Part shown: one piece after another, positions 51,472 through 63,400 of the stretch | How the letters are laid out: the number at the start of each line of letters is the position of its first letter | Numbering within the stretch: the first letter of the stretch is position 1 | From: Botryllus schlosseri | Lineage: Eukaryota | DNA length: 64,000 nucleotides | Direction of reading: 5' to 3' | Assembly: GCA_051294905.1 (NCBI GenBank) | Contig: CM119372.1 | Location: forward strand, 30,692,001-30,756,000 | Notes under the pieces: model-generated | Database searches by the model: none | Seen by the model: only the letters and a program-made list of their open reading frames with translations | What the model was told of the DNA's origin: nothing | Made by a program: the position numbers and the translations under genes

Positions 51472-54400
51472 TCCGAAATGTTCATGATTGGAAAATTATT
51501 CTACCTTGATACATATGACTCTGCGTATCGCGGATATCAGAAAATATTTTACAAATGTAATTGTTTCCAGTAACCAAAACTAAAGATGAAACAACAATTT
51601 CGTTTGCTGATTAGCAACCGGTGCAATACTTTATTGTCGGAATCTGCGACATCGAATTGAAACATACGCACATTACGCAGTACGAAAATATCACTTTGGG
51701 CTCCGGGGCGGTGTCATTTAATCTGTGTTAAACTCTGTTCACACTCTCTGTCGAAAATGCGTGAAATGTAAAAACATTACGAGGTCACACTCAAAGACTT
51801 TGATCATCAAAAAAAGTAAATAGAGGTATCTTTATTGGATAGATTCTATTCAACTGGTCTTGGTTAATACAAAACCCATAACAATAATATCGAAGTATGT
51901 GCTACACTGAAATCTACAAAAATGTGTTTGTATTGCTGTTCATAGTAGCGATATCGATTTGAACCTCCAGAATAATTGTCATCATGTAACCAAACTAAGG
52001 AAAGTTGTTGTCAATTTGTATGATGTTCACTGAATGCGTAATAGAACTAATTGTGTAACACACACGATCAGAGAAATTGGAAATTTTCCCCTTGTCATTC
52101 GTCACAATACTCGGCCACTAAAATACGTTACTTGGATCTGATTGAATCGCTGGTAGTTAACTCGATAAATCAAACCCCTAACAAATTTCACTCACTCATT
52201 AGATATTAAACAGTGTCGCCTAATCGGTGTAGATCGTTTTTCTAAATGTAAATCATATAGGTCCAGCAGAAAAATTTTCACCCACTCGGAAATCAAACCA
52301 ATGTGTTGGTCTCCATTGGATATTTTTTTTGGGTCAAATACTTTGCAATGAACACATTTGAGTGGTTGAGCTTTACATCATCAAGCTGTCATTTGTAAAT
52401 CAAGATTTCGGTAAACTTGTAAATGTATCGTTTAACTAACCGACATTTAGTGATTAGTGAACATACCAAACGATACACATCCACCTCGAAATACCCGTTG
52501 ATCGTAATTTTCATCATCGTAATAATCGAAGTACATTTGTGTCGAATTCGTAACAACCGACTTTTCAATGACATGATAAATTTTTGACAAGTTTTACTTA
52601 GAAGGTTGGTACATATCGCAAAAAATAATATACCATTCATATTGATACCGTTACTCCATTGATGGGTATTTTCAAACGAGTAAAATTTATTACTTGAGTT
52701 GTTCCGCTTACTATATGTAAATGTTAACTCATCCATCTTTTAAAACCACAACGATCAACGATAAAAAGTATGCAATCAAACACAACATGTTTTACTTTTG
52801 AAGGACACTAATTTTTATCTCATTCCATACTAAGTGTATACGAAAGATATTCATGACACACGAAAATACTCGCTCATGCTACGAATCTGTACAATGATTG
52901 GTGGCGCTTTCAAACTGTTTCGATGTCACAAGAACTTTATTGCCTGAATGGTTGTTCATGTATCTTAATAATCAAATAGTTCAACACAGAACTAGTACGA
53001 ACAGAAACATCAGAGTTGTTTACACAAAAGTTTGTATGCGTGCAGTATGCGAATACCATGTGTAAGTCGAGCACAATTGCGGTATCCATCCAAGTTTAGT
53101 TAACACAAATTCATTACAACGGAGTCGCGTAAACTTTCGTGAAAGAAAAGCATATCCACTTCCCGAGGCTTCTGTCAATGTCATAACAATAAACCAGATA
53201 CTCCAACAACAGAGTACATATGTTTTCTAGTCACGGTCCTTACATCTTTCACATAGATCAATCTACTTTGCTACCGAAAAGTACTGAGTCATCACATGAT
53301 TGTCCTCACAACAAATCAACCAATAGATGGAGCTGCATTAAAATTTTCCTAACCCTTTGCACACCAGTGACAAATTGTTTAGTGTATCGAGTCGTTGTTC
53401 AGCGTGAAGTCTCTATGTTGAACCATACATTAAAACAGCGCAATCACAATCCAATTAAAACCACGAATCTATTTTCATTTCCTCACAAACTGCCACATAC
53501 AGAAAAATGAATTTTATTTTCCCAAAACATACTTGTAACCAATCGCTTGCATTAAACACACAACACCATAAAAGTATTTACTTTCTGCAACATAGACATT
53601 CCGATGTAATCAAGAAATATTTTTATTATTCAAAATCATCGACTTCTGTTTACGGCGTTTGTGTGTGCATGTCATACATGTGGGGGCCCGTATTAAAATG
53701 GAAACGACACGACTGAATGTAAGGAGATAAAAGTCTATCGCATAGATTTACATGTGGTCTTCGCTACGGTTTCAAAAAACGAATCATCTCTTTTGCATTG
53801 ATCGAGACCGAGCAAGTTAGTTAAAGGCCATGATTCTGTTTGTCATATGCGAATGATAAGGTTACTGTCAAATCTACATACAACAACCTTCTGGCACTCA
53901 TAATAGCAATTTAATTCTCCCCCTTCGTTATTGTATATTCACGACAAGTATATTGTACAACTCGCCAGCTACGTTTAACAAGACCAACGACACCGAACCC
54001 ACGACGTTTACCTATGTAAAATTACCACTTTCACTTGGCAGTCCGGCGTTTACCTGAGTAAACATATCATTTTCCTTTGGAGATCTGACGTTTACCGAGA
54101 GTGACAATACATTTTCACTTGGAAATATATTTTTTCTCCCGGTAACAAACCTTTTTCACTTGGAAATATATTTTTTTTCCCGGGTAACAAACCTTTTTCA
54201 CTTGGAAATATATTTTTCCCCTGAGCAACAATTCATTTTCACTTGGAAATATATTTTTTCCCCTGAGTAACAACCCTTTTCCACTTGGAAATATATTTTC
54301 TCCCTGAGCAACAAACCATTTTCACTTGGAAATATATTTTTTCCCTGAGCAACAAACCATTTTCACTTGGTGGTCCGTCGTTTACCTGAGTAAAAATATC

Positions 54401-55267
54401 ATTTTCCTTTGGAGATCTGGCGTTTACCAGTGTAACAATACATTCTCACTTGGTCATCTAGCTTTTCCTAGAGTAACAATACCGTTTTCACTTGGAAATC
54501 TGACAACTTCGCCCGGCAATTTGGTATTTGTTGTATTGACGACAGTTGGAAATTGATTACAACGAACAGTGACGAAAATATACACGGACAACCGGTTTCA
54601 GAGTATACCAGCGTCGGTCGTATCACGTCAATATCATCGGTTAGTCATATGAAATAACAATACGCTCCCGTACATCGAAATGTATGTTTTGGAAATTGGA
54701 CAATAGGTTTCGATATGTTTGTGATGTCCAGGTTCATGCTTCGGATTTTCCAGAGTCAAAGTGTCTGAATAAAACACCGCCTCGACTTCGGTAAATGTTT
54801 GGCACGCAGATAACGGTGGTCGGAAATCGAGGAATCTATGTTTCCATCGCGCTAACAACTCCGGGTTACTTGTGATTTATCTCACACGTGTTTACTATGC
54901 TGTGTCGCTCGTTATTAATCAATACATACAGCAGCATGCAGTTTGAAATCAGAAACCCCGAGAAAATATTAACCGGATCCGGATATCAACTCTGAATCGA
55001 TAAACCACATACCACAACCCGTGTTTCCATGAAAATAACAAGACATCGCACAAATCAAGTATACTTCGCTATTATTTGCCCACACAAGTAATCACGTAAA
55101 CGAGGTGTATGACATTACATGCATCGTGGATAACATCGTGTCTGTCATTACAAACATCATGGGTGACAAATTCGTCTTCTCAAGTCTCGTCATGCGCCGA
55201 CTCTGTACATTCAACGTGAGTATAGATGACTTCGAGACAGGCAAGCAGTCATATTTGGACGTAACAT
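51472..55267. repeat. Left arm of giant inverted duplication (outer limit set by window end)
   Basis: Reverse complement of 56242-56498 + 60461-64000; mirrored ORF pairs in the track (e.g. 52389-52736/62736-63083, 54634-54858/60613-60837). Confidence 0.97.
54025..54505. repeat. ~40-bp tandem array (TTTTCACTTGGAAATATATTTTTTCCCTGAGCAACAAACC consensus), ~12 units
   Basis: CACTTGG/CCTTTGG recurs about every 40 bp; mirrored at ~60966-61446. Confidence 0.92.
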
Positions 55268-56241
55268 CGGTATTCGTTCAAATAACATTGGCGATGTCGA
55301 TACAGTGAACAGAGCATTATGCATACCGATATATTCAGAGTCATATATGCGAACCATGTACTATCATGTATCCCGATTTTCGTTGAATATCCACGATACC
55401 AACAAATCTGTACATTTCTTTTCCCTCGACCTCGACGATAGAGTTGCCGTCCCAATGTATCAATCGAGTGTATGGTTCATCAGGTGTAAAATCCAAATCA
55501 AATGTCACCAAGGTATCGTTTTTCATTTTCAATATTTCCACCGCTGCATCTTTTCTGTGTCGTAAAACCACGGTGTGGGGCCAGAGGAATCTTTGGAACG
55601 TTACGCGTAGTCCCATAATTACTCGTGGATATAGTCAGGTAACGACAACGTTTTCTCAGTGGTCTGCGTGGGTGCACCGTTTCAACACGTAGCTGGATCA
55701 ACTAGACCAAAAGTTTCCAACCACGTTTTATAACGACATGTAGAATTACGAGACAGCACCCTCTTGCGGAGTGGTTAACACGAAATCAGTCTTCAACCCG
55801 CAGAGACACACCTTGGATTACATTATCTAATCGTATTCGAACTCGAGATTCACACACACAGAGAGTCTTTTTTTACGATTTCAATCCGGAGTCACTGCTC
55901 ACGATGTTTAGCTGGAGTCGTTATGTGGAAGTAGCGACATCCGACATAATCATCGCGTGAAATATTGATAATGATGGTGATCGCCAAATAAATTGAACCA
56001 GGTGAAACACTGCGGTCTCAGCAAAAATAAAAGTTCACAGGTTATGACCAACGATACGCAGGGATTGAGCGAGTTACGCAAACCGATTATGTCGAGGTCT
56101 GGATCACGATGCAAGTCTACCTGAGAATCCAAACAATCTTGCAAAATCAAGGTGTGAACCGTGAAAGGGGTGTAATCTCGGTGAAATAGTTTGCGACTAA
56201 TTTTCCCCCCAAGCTGAATACATCTCGGCTCATGCAAGACC

Positions 56242-56498
56242 ATGTTACGTCCAAATATGACTGCTTGCCTGTCTCCAAGTCATCTATACTCACGTTGAAT
56301 TTACAGAGTCGGCGCATGACGAGACTTGAGAAGACGAATTTGTCACCCATGATGTTTGTAATGACAGACACGATGTTATCCACGATGCATGTAATGTCAT
56401 ACACCTCGTTTACGTGATTACTTGTGTGGGCAAATAATAGCGAAGTATACTTGATTTGTGCGATGTCTTGTTATTTTCATGGAAACACGGGTTGTGGT
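56242..56498. repeat. Inner 257 bp of right palindrome arm
   Basis: Reverse complement of 55011-55267 with about 2 substitutions. Confidence 0.95.
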
Positions 56499-59400
56499 CA
56501 CTGAGCTATATAAACACTGGAGTGCGTTACTCGCGATATTTGCGTGATCAATTGGCCGCCATCTTTGGGTTAAGTTGATGGTTGCGCGTTAAGCTTGTAG
56601 TCAAGGCAGAAAAGGTTGGTTGATGTGACTGTTTTGATTACTCTTTGGCCTGGACATATCGATTTCGATGGTTCGGACAAGATAAGGTTATATATGTGTC
56701 ATTGTATGTATTCATTTGCAAATATCTTCCTGATGTTGATTGCTTAACTCGTTGTATCCAGGTAAATAAACATATATGCTTCTGCTCAAAAATTCCTGCT
56801 GGCCTTGAGTGCTGTTTTCACAATTACTGGGATAAGTCAACTGTCATGGCATTGATAATTCGATTTGGATATGATACCGTTAATCCTAAGGGAGCTTAAT
56901 AATGTTGTCTTCTCTATCCCTACAGTTTCAGGTACTGTGTATGGCAATTTGATTTGGATATGATGCCATTAATCCTGAGGGAGCTTGCTGATGTTGTCTT
57001 TATACTCATTATAGCTTCAGTTTCATGTACTGCGTCCTCGAATTGTTGTTGCAAGCACACACTGTAATTTACTATTCTTACAAATATTGAAAACCAGCAA
57101 ACAGGCACATCTCAAGTATAAATAATTACCAAGCTATCAAATGATTGCAATGGATATTGTCAGTTTTGTTGTTATTTCCCAGGTACTGTATTCATAGGTA
57201 GTAAAAGCATATATGGCTATGACCACCAGCTTCTACCGGAGACTGCCTCAGAATCAGCCTGGCCTCGATTCAAAATCTTCTCACTACAATGGCGCTGATG
57301 TCAATGCTATCGCTACCATCATTTGACATGACAAAGGCACAGCTCCAATCAAAGTTATACGATCTAATTGTTATTCTACTTATTCATTGTGTCAAAGTAG
57401 TCGAAATAAATCGTAGAAAGTGAAAGTGAGGATATGTGAGTTATGTGTAGCAATATGGGTTAGCTATTTCTGCAGAGGTGATCAAATGAGAGAAATAATA
57501 TATTTATATCATTAAATGAGAGATACAAGATGAATGCATGAGTCCGTATTTAGATCGGGGTAGAATTCCCTAGAACTCACTGAAATTGACGCTATGTTGG
57601 TTACAACAATCTGCACTCGTTGTTTATCATCGATGATTGAAAAGATAGCAAGGTAACGCAACGACCTGAGGTAATCTACAAAATCTACACCCACCCACCT
57701 TTCGTTGCCTGCTAGATGAAGCATTCCTACCTGGTGCATTTTCGGATCAACCATTTCTGGGATCACGCAGTTGCTGCCTACCTGATCCCTTTCTTCCCTA
57801 CAAGACGATACATTACAACCTGGCTTTCGATCAACCATTTCTGGGATCACACGAAATACCGCGCTGTACTGTCTAGTACCCAAACTTTCGTTTTCAGAAA
57901 CACTAGCTTCAGTCATGAGAAACACAAGGTTATGAATGATTTTTCCATTGAAATAAGTAACATAAAACAAATAAGAACAAAAATATATTAATTAATTGTT
58001 ATTGACTTGACGTCACCCTCGACGTAATTGAGGGTGATCTGAAAGTAAAATGTGGGATAAGTTAGGGCTTAATATCTGCGAACGAGGTACAATAAACGAA
58101 CCAATTCTGATCGAAGTTGCAATTTAAAAGACCAAATTTAATTGCTGACCACTCCCATCTAGCAAAGTACCCATTCTGCTAGGCGGTTTCTGATGAGTTT
58201 GAGCATTTGACTAGGACTAAAGTTACTTGGATTTGATGATTGGGTAAATATGGACCAGGAAAACTAGACTCAATGTTCCTGGACGATATGTTTGCCCGCA
58301 ATGCGGAAAGCCAAGCGGAGTGGCAGAAAAGCCCGTCGCATGTCAATGAAGCAACAGTTGCACCGGTTTCGTTAAGCTTGTTCATGCAAATTTCAACCAA
58401 ATTTGCTCGTTCCGATCCTGTCAAACCATTAATGAAAAAGAATCCAAGCGGAATCTTCCAGGATGAATTGACGCAAACAGCCATAAAAACTAATACATCT
58501 CTTGCCAGTGGCAAAGTATCATCGTCCTCGCAGTCAGTACCCATGTCTACATATCCTCGATATCTTCTTCCATCCCAAAAAACCTGTTTGCGGATCGACA
58601 TTTCATCCATCATTATGGAACATATTACAGGAGCTGTTGATGCCTCTACTTTTCCTCTGATAGCAGAAAACGCAATACCAGTAAAGCCAGGCTCAGCGGG
58701 AAGTTTTCCGTACCAGCGCCTCATCACATCCGGATGGGGAAGAGCGAGTTGAAAATTTTGACGCACAAAATTGTATGTCTTAGCAGAATAATACTGCAGC
58801 GTCATTGCAAAAATATTGCAGTTCTTTAGAGTATTTGACTCCTCTTCCACCAACTTGTAGCTTCATGCGCTGCAACAGCTCACTTGGTATACGACTGAAT
58901 TTTTGTGGCATTACTTCTCCGCACAAATCGCTGATCAAATTTTTTTTTTGAGAGATGCAATGACCTCATCCAGAGTTTTCACTTTTTTTCTCAGGCGGCA
59001 TGTCCTCATTTTGGCAGCATGCAACCCCTTTTTAATTTGTACCACTCTACGGCGTTGCTGTTGAATCAGCTTTTGCGGAGAGGTACGTGCACAGTAACTG
59101 CGGTCGTGGAGAACTGCTTCACCAGTTTGTGCATTACAATAACGTTTCTTATCTTGAAGTGTTGCTGGTCTTTCTTGCCGTTTGTTGGAAGCCTGAAATT
59201 CACGAATTTCACATCAACAGAGGCTAGGGTAAGGGTATACTTATATAAACCTAACTTTAGAAGTAAATATATAAATGTCTACTCTGTACCTTTGACCTCA
59301 TATATTTCGGAAAGTTCAGAAATCTCGTTGGCACCGCATTCTCCCTCAAACGTATCAACTGGCCCACATGGTAAATGGCACTTTCCGGAAAATGATCGGA

Positions 59401-60452
59401 GCAGATAACTGACGATCTTGATGGGACCCAGTTTTTTCTTTTCATGCTTTCTAACCATCTTCCTTTCAGCGATTCATTAGTAGGAAAGCTGCATTATATA
59501 GAGCATTGTATGAAGCAAAGCACACTAAATAGTCAATTCTTTGTTATGAGCTATGATAAAAGTTTCGCACAAAGCTACAAGGACTAAAGATGAACTCGAC
59601 TATGGAATTTGCAAATTCCACAGTATGTGTTTAGCATCTGAAAAAGATATCCTGTTTTAACTATGCTGATGAAAACCCATCTAATTGAATGTTTTCCTTG
59701 TATTCCTACTCTTGCCTACATAGCATAAGCAAGAATTGAATACTAAACTGATTATTGGCCGAACTGCTTGTACTCGATCATGGACAAAATACGAAGAGTG
59801 AGATGGGCATTATTACAGATTATTACAGATATTGATGATGAACATTACATAGAGGATATGGTGACATGGATTTCTGCTGGTAGTCTGGTCTGGTCATTTC
59901 ATTCATATAGCTGCGACGAAATGTTCTGCTATCACTTTACCATGACCTGTTCATTACAACTGTGACAGATCTGGGCATGTCTGGCTGCTATGCTTATTCT
60001 GTTATTCACTTACCGGTGAAAATTTCTGGGGTATCGACGCTTTACCATCGACTCTTCATCACTACAGCCGTTACTATTACTTCTCCCATACGACTCACTG
60101 CATATCTTCTTCCGCCTTTTACTACACCCATAGCATAGGCACAGCAAAGGCTACAACTACCACCTGATGAACGTACTATCTTCGACATGTCGAATTACAC
60201 AGAATATCAATATACTGACACGAGATATTGGGCTGAAACAAATCCTGAATGTTAGAATAATTAGTCATTCAAAGCTCTATACGCATACAATACTACAGAA
60301 CCAACACGAATCAAATATAGTCAAACACTGACCGCTTTTCCATAAGCCCCTGTGGCCTGTACTAAATCGATTAACCGAGCACCCACAATGCATCTGCGCA
60401 TTGGAATCACGCAAATTTGCTTAGCCGTAGATAGCAGTAGTTCGGGGCTTGA
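56499..60452 (-). mobile_element. Defective P-superfamily (THAP9-like) transposon
   Basis: Exact 8-bp direct repeat GTTGTGGT at 56491-56498 and 60453-60460; the empty site (single ACCACAAC, 55011-55018) is visible in the opposite arm. Internal transposase pseudogene; 11-bp subterminal inverted motif. Confidence 0.92.
58125..60188 (-). pseudogene. THAP-domain P-element transposase (THAP9-like) pseudogene, spliced, frameshifted and 3'-truncated
   Basis: Exon 1 (60188-60014) CCAY[5-bp dup]GCS...NFHR; GT-AG intron 60013-59489; exon 2 FPTNESLKGRW...WVPSRSSVICSDHF...LRENAVPT; probable intron 59289-59193. Core: FAMTLQYYSAKTYNFVR...LPHP...MMDEMSIRK...GYVDMG...WKIPLGFF...LTCDG, then frameshifted MLKLIRN; no clear homology beyond ~58125. 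Confidence 0.93.
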
Positions 60453-60460
60453 GTTGTGGT

Positions 60461-63400
60461 ATGTGGTTTATCGATTCAGAGTTGATATCCGGATCCGGTT
60501 AATATTTTCTCGGGGTTTCTGATTTCAAACTGCATGCTGCTGTATGTATTGATTAATAACGAGCGACACAGCATAGTAAACACGTGTGAGATAAATCACA
60601 AGTAACCCGGAGTTGTTAGCGCGATGGAAACATAGATTCCTCGATTTCCGACCACCGTTATCTGCGTGCCAAACATTTACCGAAGTCGAGGCGGTGTTTT
60701 ATTCAGACACTTTGACTCTGGAAAATCCGAAGCATGAACCTGGACATCACAAACATATCGAAACCTATTGTCCAATTTCCAAAACATACATTTCGATGTA
60801 CGGGAGCGTATTGTTATTTCATATGACTAACCGATGATATTGACGTGATACGACCGACGCTGGTATACTCTGAAACCGGTTGTCCGTGTATATTTTCGTC
60901 ACTGTTCGTTGTAATCAATTTCCAACTGTCGTCAATACAACAAATACCAAATTGCCGGGCGAAGTTGTCAGATTTCCAAGTGAAAACGGTATTGTTACTC
61001 TAGGAAAAGCTAGATGACCAAGTGAGAATGTATTGTTACACTGGTAAACGCCAGATCTCCAAAGGAAAATGATATTTTTACTCAGGTAAACGACGGACCA
61101 CCAAGTGAAAATGGTTTGTTGCTCAGGGAAAAAATATATTTCCAAGTGAAAATGGTTTGTTGCTCAGGGAGAAAATATATTTCCAAGTGGAAAAGGGTTG
61201 TTACTCAGGGGAAAAAAATATATTTCCAAGTGAAAATGAATTGTTGCTCAGGGGAAAAATATATTTCCAAGTGAAAAAGGTTTGTTACCCGGGAAAAAAA
61301 ATATATTTCCAAGTGAAAAAGGTTTGTTACCGGGAGAAAAAATATATTTCCAAGTGGAAATGTATTGTCACTCTCGGTAAACGTCGGATCTCCAAAGGAA
61401 AATGATATGTTTACTCAGGTAAACGCCGGACTGCCAAGTGAAAGTGGTAATTTTACATAGGTAAACGTCGTGGGTTCGGTGTCGTTGGTCTTGTTAAACG
61501 TAGCTGGCGAGTTGTACAATATACTTGTCGTGAATATACAATAACGAAGGGGGAGAATTAAATTGCTATTATGAGTGCCAGAAGGTTGTTGTATGTAGAT
61601 TTGACAGTAACCTTATCATTCGCATATGACAAACAGAATCATGGCCATTAACTAACTTGCTCGGTCTCGATCAATGCAAAAGAGATGATTCGTTTTTTGA
61701 AACCGTAGCGAAGACCACATGTAAATCTATGCGATAGACTTTTATCTCCTTACATTCAGTCGTGTCGTTTCCATTTTAATACGTGCCCCCACATGTATGA
61801 CATGCACACACAAACGCCGTAAACAGAAGTCGATGATTTTGAATAATAAAAATATTTCTTGATTACATCGGAATGTCTATGTTGCAGAAAGTAAATACTT
61901 TTATGGTGTTGTGTGTTTAATGCAAGCGATTGGTTACAAGTATGTTTTGGGAAAATAAAATTCATTTTTCTGTATGTGGCAGTTTGTGAGGAAATGAAAA
62001 TAGATTCGTGGTTTTAATTGGATTGTGATTGCGCTGTTTTAATGTATGGTTCAACATAGAGACTTGACGCTGAACAACGACTCGATACACTAAACAATTT
62101 GTCACTGGTGTGCAAAGGGTTAGGAAAATTTTAATGCAGCTCCATCTATTGGTTGATTTGTTGTGAGGACAATCATGTGATGACTCAGTACTTTTCGGTA
62201 GCAAAGTAGATTGATCCATGTGAAAGATGTAAGGACCGTGACTAGAAAACATATGTACTCTGTTGTTGGAGTATCTGGTTTATTGTTATGACATTGACAG
62301 AACCCTCGGGAAGTGGATATGCTTTTCTTTCACGAAAGTTTACGCGACTCCGTTGTAATGAATTTGTGTTAACTAAACTTGGATGGATACCGCAATTGTG
62401 CTCGACTTACACATGGTATTCGCATACTGCACGCATACAAACTTTTGTGTAAACAACTCTGATGTTTCTGTTCGTACTAGTTCTGTGTTGAACTATTTGA
62501 TTATTAAGATACATGAACAACCATTCAGGCAATAAAGTTCTTGTGACATCGAAACAGTTTGAAAGCGCCACCAATCATTGTACAGATTCGTAGCATGAGC
62601 GAGTATTTTCGTGTGTCATGAATATCTTTCGTATACACTTAGTATGGAATGAGATAAAAATTAGTGTCCTTCAAAAGTAAAACATGTTGTGTTTGATTGC
62701 ATACTTTTTATCGTTGATCGTTGTGGTTTTGAAAGATGGATGAGTTAACATTTACATATAGTAAGCGGAACAACTCAAGTAATAAATTTTACTCGTTTGA
62801 AAATACCGATCAATGGAGTAACGGTATCAATATGAATGGTATATTATTTTTTGCGATATGTACCAACCTTCTAAGTAAAACTTGTCAAAAATTTATCATG
62901 TCATTGAAAAGTCGGTTGTTACGAATTCGACACAAATGTACTTCGATTATTACGATGATGAAAATTACGATCAACGGGTATTTCGAGGTGGATGTGTATC
63001 GTTTGGTATGTTCACTAATCACTAAATGTCGGTTAGTTAAACGATACATTTACAAGTTTACCGAAATCTTGATTTACAAATGACAGCTTGATGATGTAAA
63101 GCTCAACCACTCAAATGTGTTCATTGCAAAGTATTTGACCCAAAAAAAATATCCAATGGAGACCAACACATTGGTTTGATTTCCGAGTGGGTGAAAATTT
63201 TTCTGCTGGACCTATATGATTTACATTTAGAAAAACGATCTACACCGATTAGGCGACACTGTTTAATATCTAATGAGTGAGTGAAATTTGTTAGGGGTTT
63301 GATTTATCGAGTTAACTACCAGCGATTCAATCAGATCCAAGTAACGTATTTTAGTGGCCGAGTATTGTGACGAATGACAAGGGGAAAATTTCCAATTTCT

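Noticed and set aside
54025..54505. CRISPR-like array or repetitive protein ORFs (54326-54556, 61157-61405)
   Set aside because: A contiguous minisatellite without unique spacers; the ORFs are by-products of the repeat.
57512..57991. ORFs with duplicated VIPEMVD motif
   Set aside because: Explained by an ~85-bp tandem duplication inside the defective P element; no family resemblance.
58240..59408. Plus-strand ORFs 58240-58752 and 59019-59408
   Set aside because: Antisense shadows of the transposase pseudogene.
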